From the NCBI GenBank assembly GCA_043760685.1, contig JAYUOQ010000165.1:1-37546 (forward strand): DNA of 37,546 nt, read 5' to 3'. Below the pieces are notes generated by a model, which did not search any database, was not told where the DNA came from, and worked only from the letters and a program-made list of their open reading frames with translations. Source of the stretch: Armatimonadota bacterium. Lineage in GTDB: Bacteria > Armatimonadota > Fimbriimonadia > Fimbriimonadales > Fimbriimonadaceae. A program made the position numbers and the translations under genes. The first letter of the stretch is position 1, and each line of letters begins with the position of its first letter. This document shows, piece by piece, positions 37,546 through 37,546 of this stretch.

Positions 37546-37546
37546 G

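Noticed and set aside
1-37546. CRISPR arrays, tRNA/rRNA, transposases, integrases, reverse transcriptases
   Set aside because: No spaced direct repeats, cloverleafs or diagnostic protein motifs seen by eye; all intergenic gaps are under about 240 nt.

Overview
Gene-dense bacterial chromosomal window with about 31 CDS, two of them cut by the window edges. I saw no rRNA, tRNA, CRISPR array, IS element or phage. PEP-CTERM proteins, a Planctomycete-type cytochrome c and large secreted beta-rich proteins suggest an Armatimonadota (Fimbriimonas-like) genome; this is inference. Contents: two secreted proteins sharing a ~150-aa C-terminal module, an L,D-transpeptidase, two sugar ABC systems, an RCK-pore-RCK K+ channel, a Gfo/Idh/MocA oxidoreductase, a LolA-like/cytochrome c fusion, an M16 protease, a BNR sialidase-like hydrolase, TrpG/PabA, a tandem paralog pair, two orphan histidine kinases, a LON-N protein, a methionine gamma-lyase-like enzyme, a DnaJ-WD40 protein, two PEP-CTERM proteins flanking a phosphomannomutase, nfo, a DUF3472-like protein, lepA, an AAA ATPase, a Wza-like exporter and rsmI. 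Best leads: (1) the shared C-terminal module, a candidate second sorting/anchoring signal alongside PEP-CTERM; (2) two densely structured intergenic RNA candidates (29959-30098, 35698-35787); (3) the LolA-like/cytochrome c fusion; (4) recurrent -10 boxes 6-7 nt before start codons, implying leaderless mRNAs. All family assignments come from motif recognition, not database searches.
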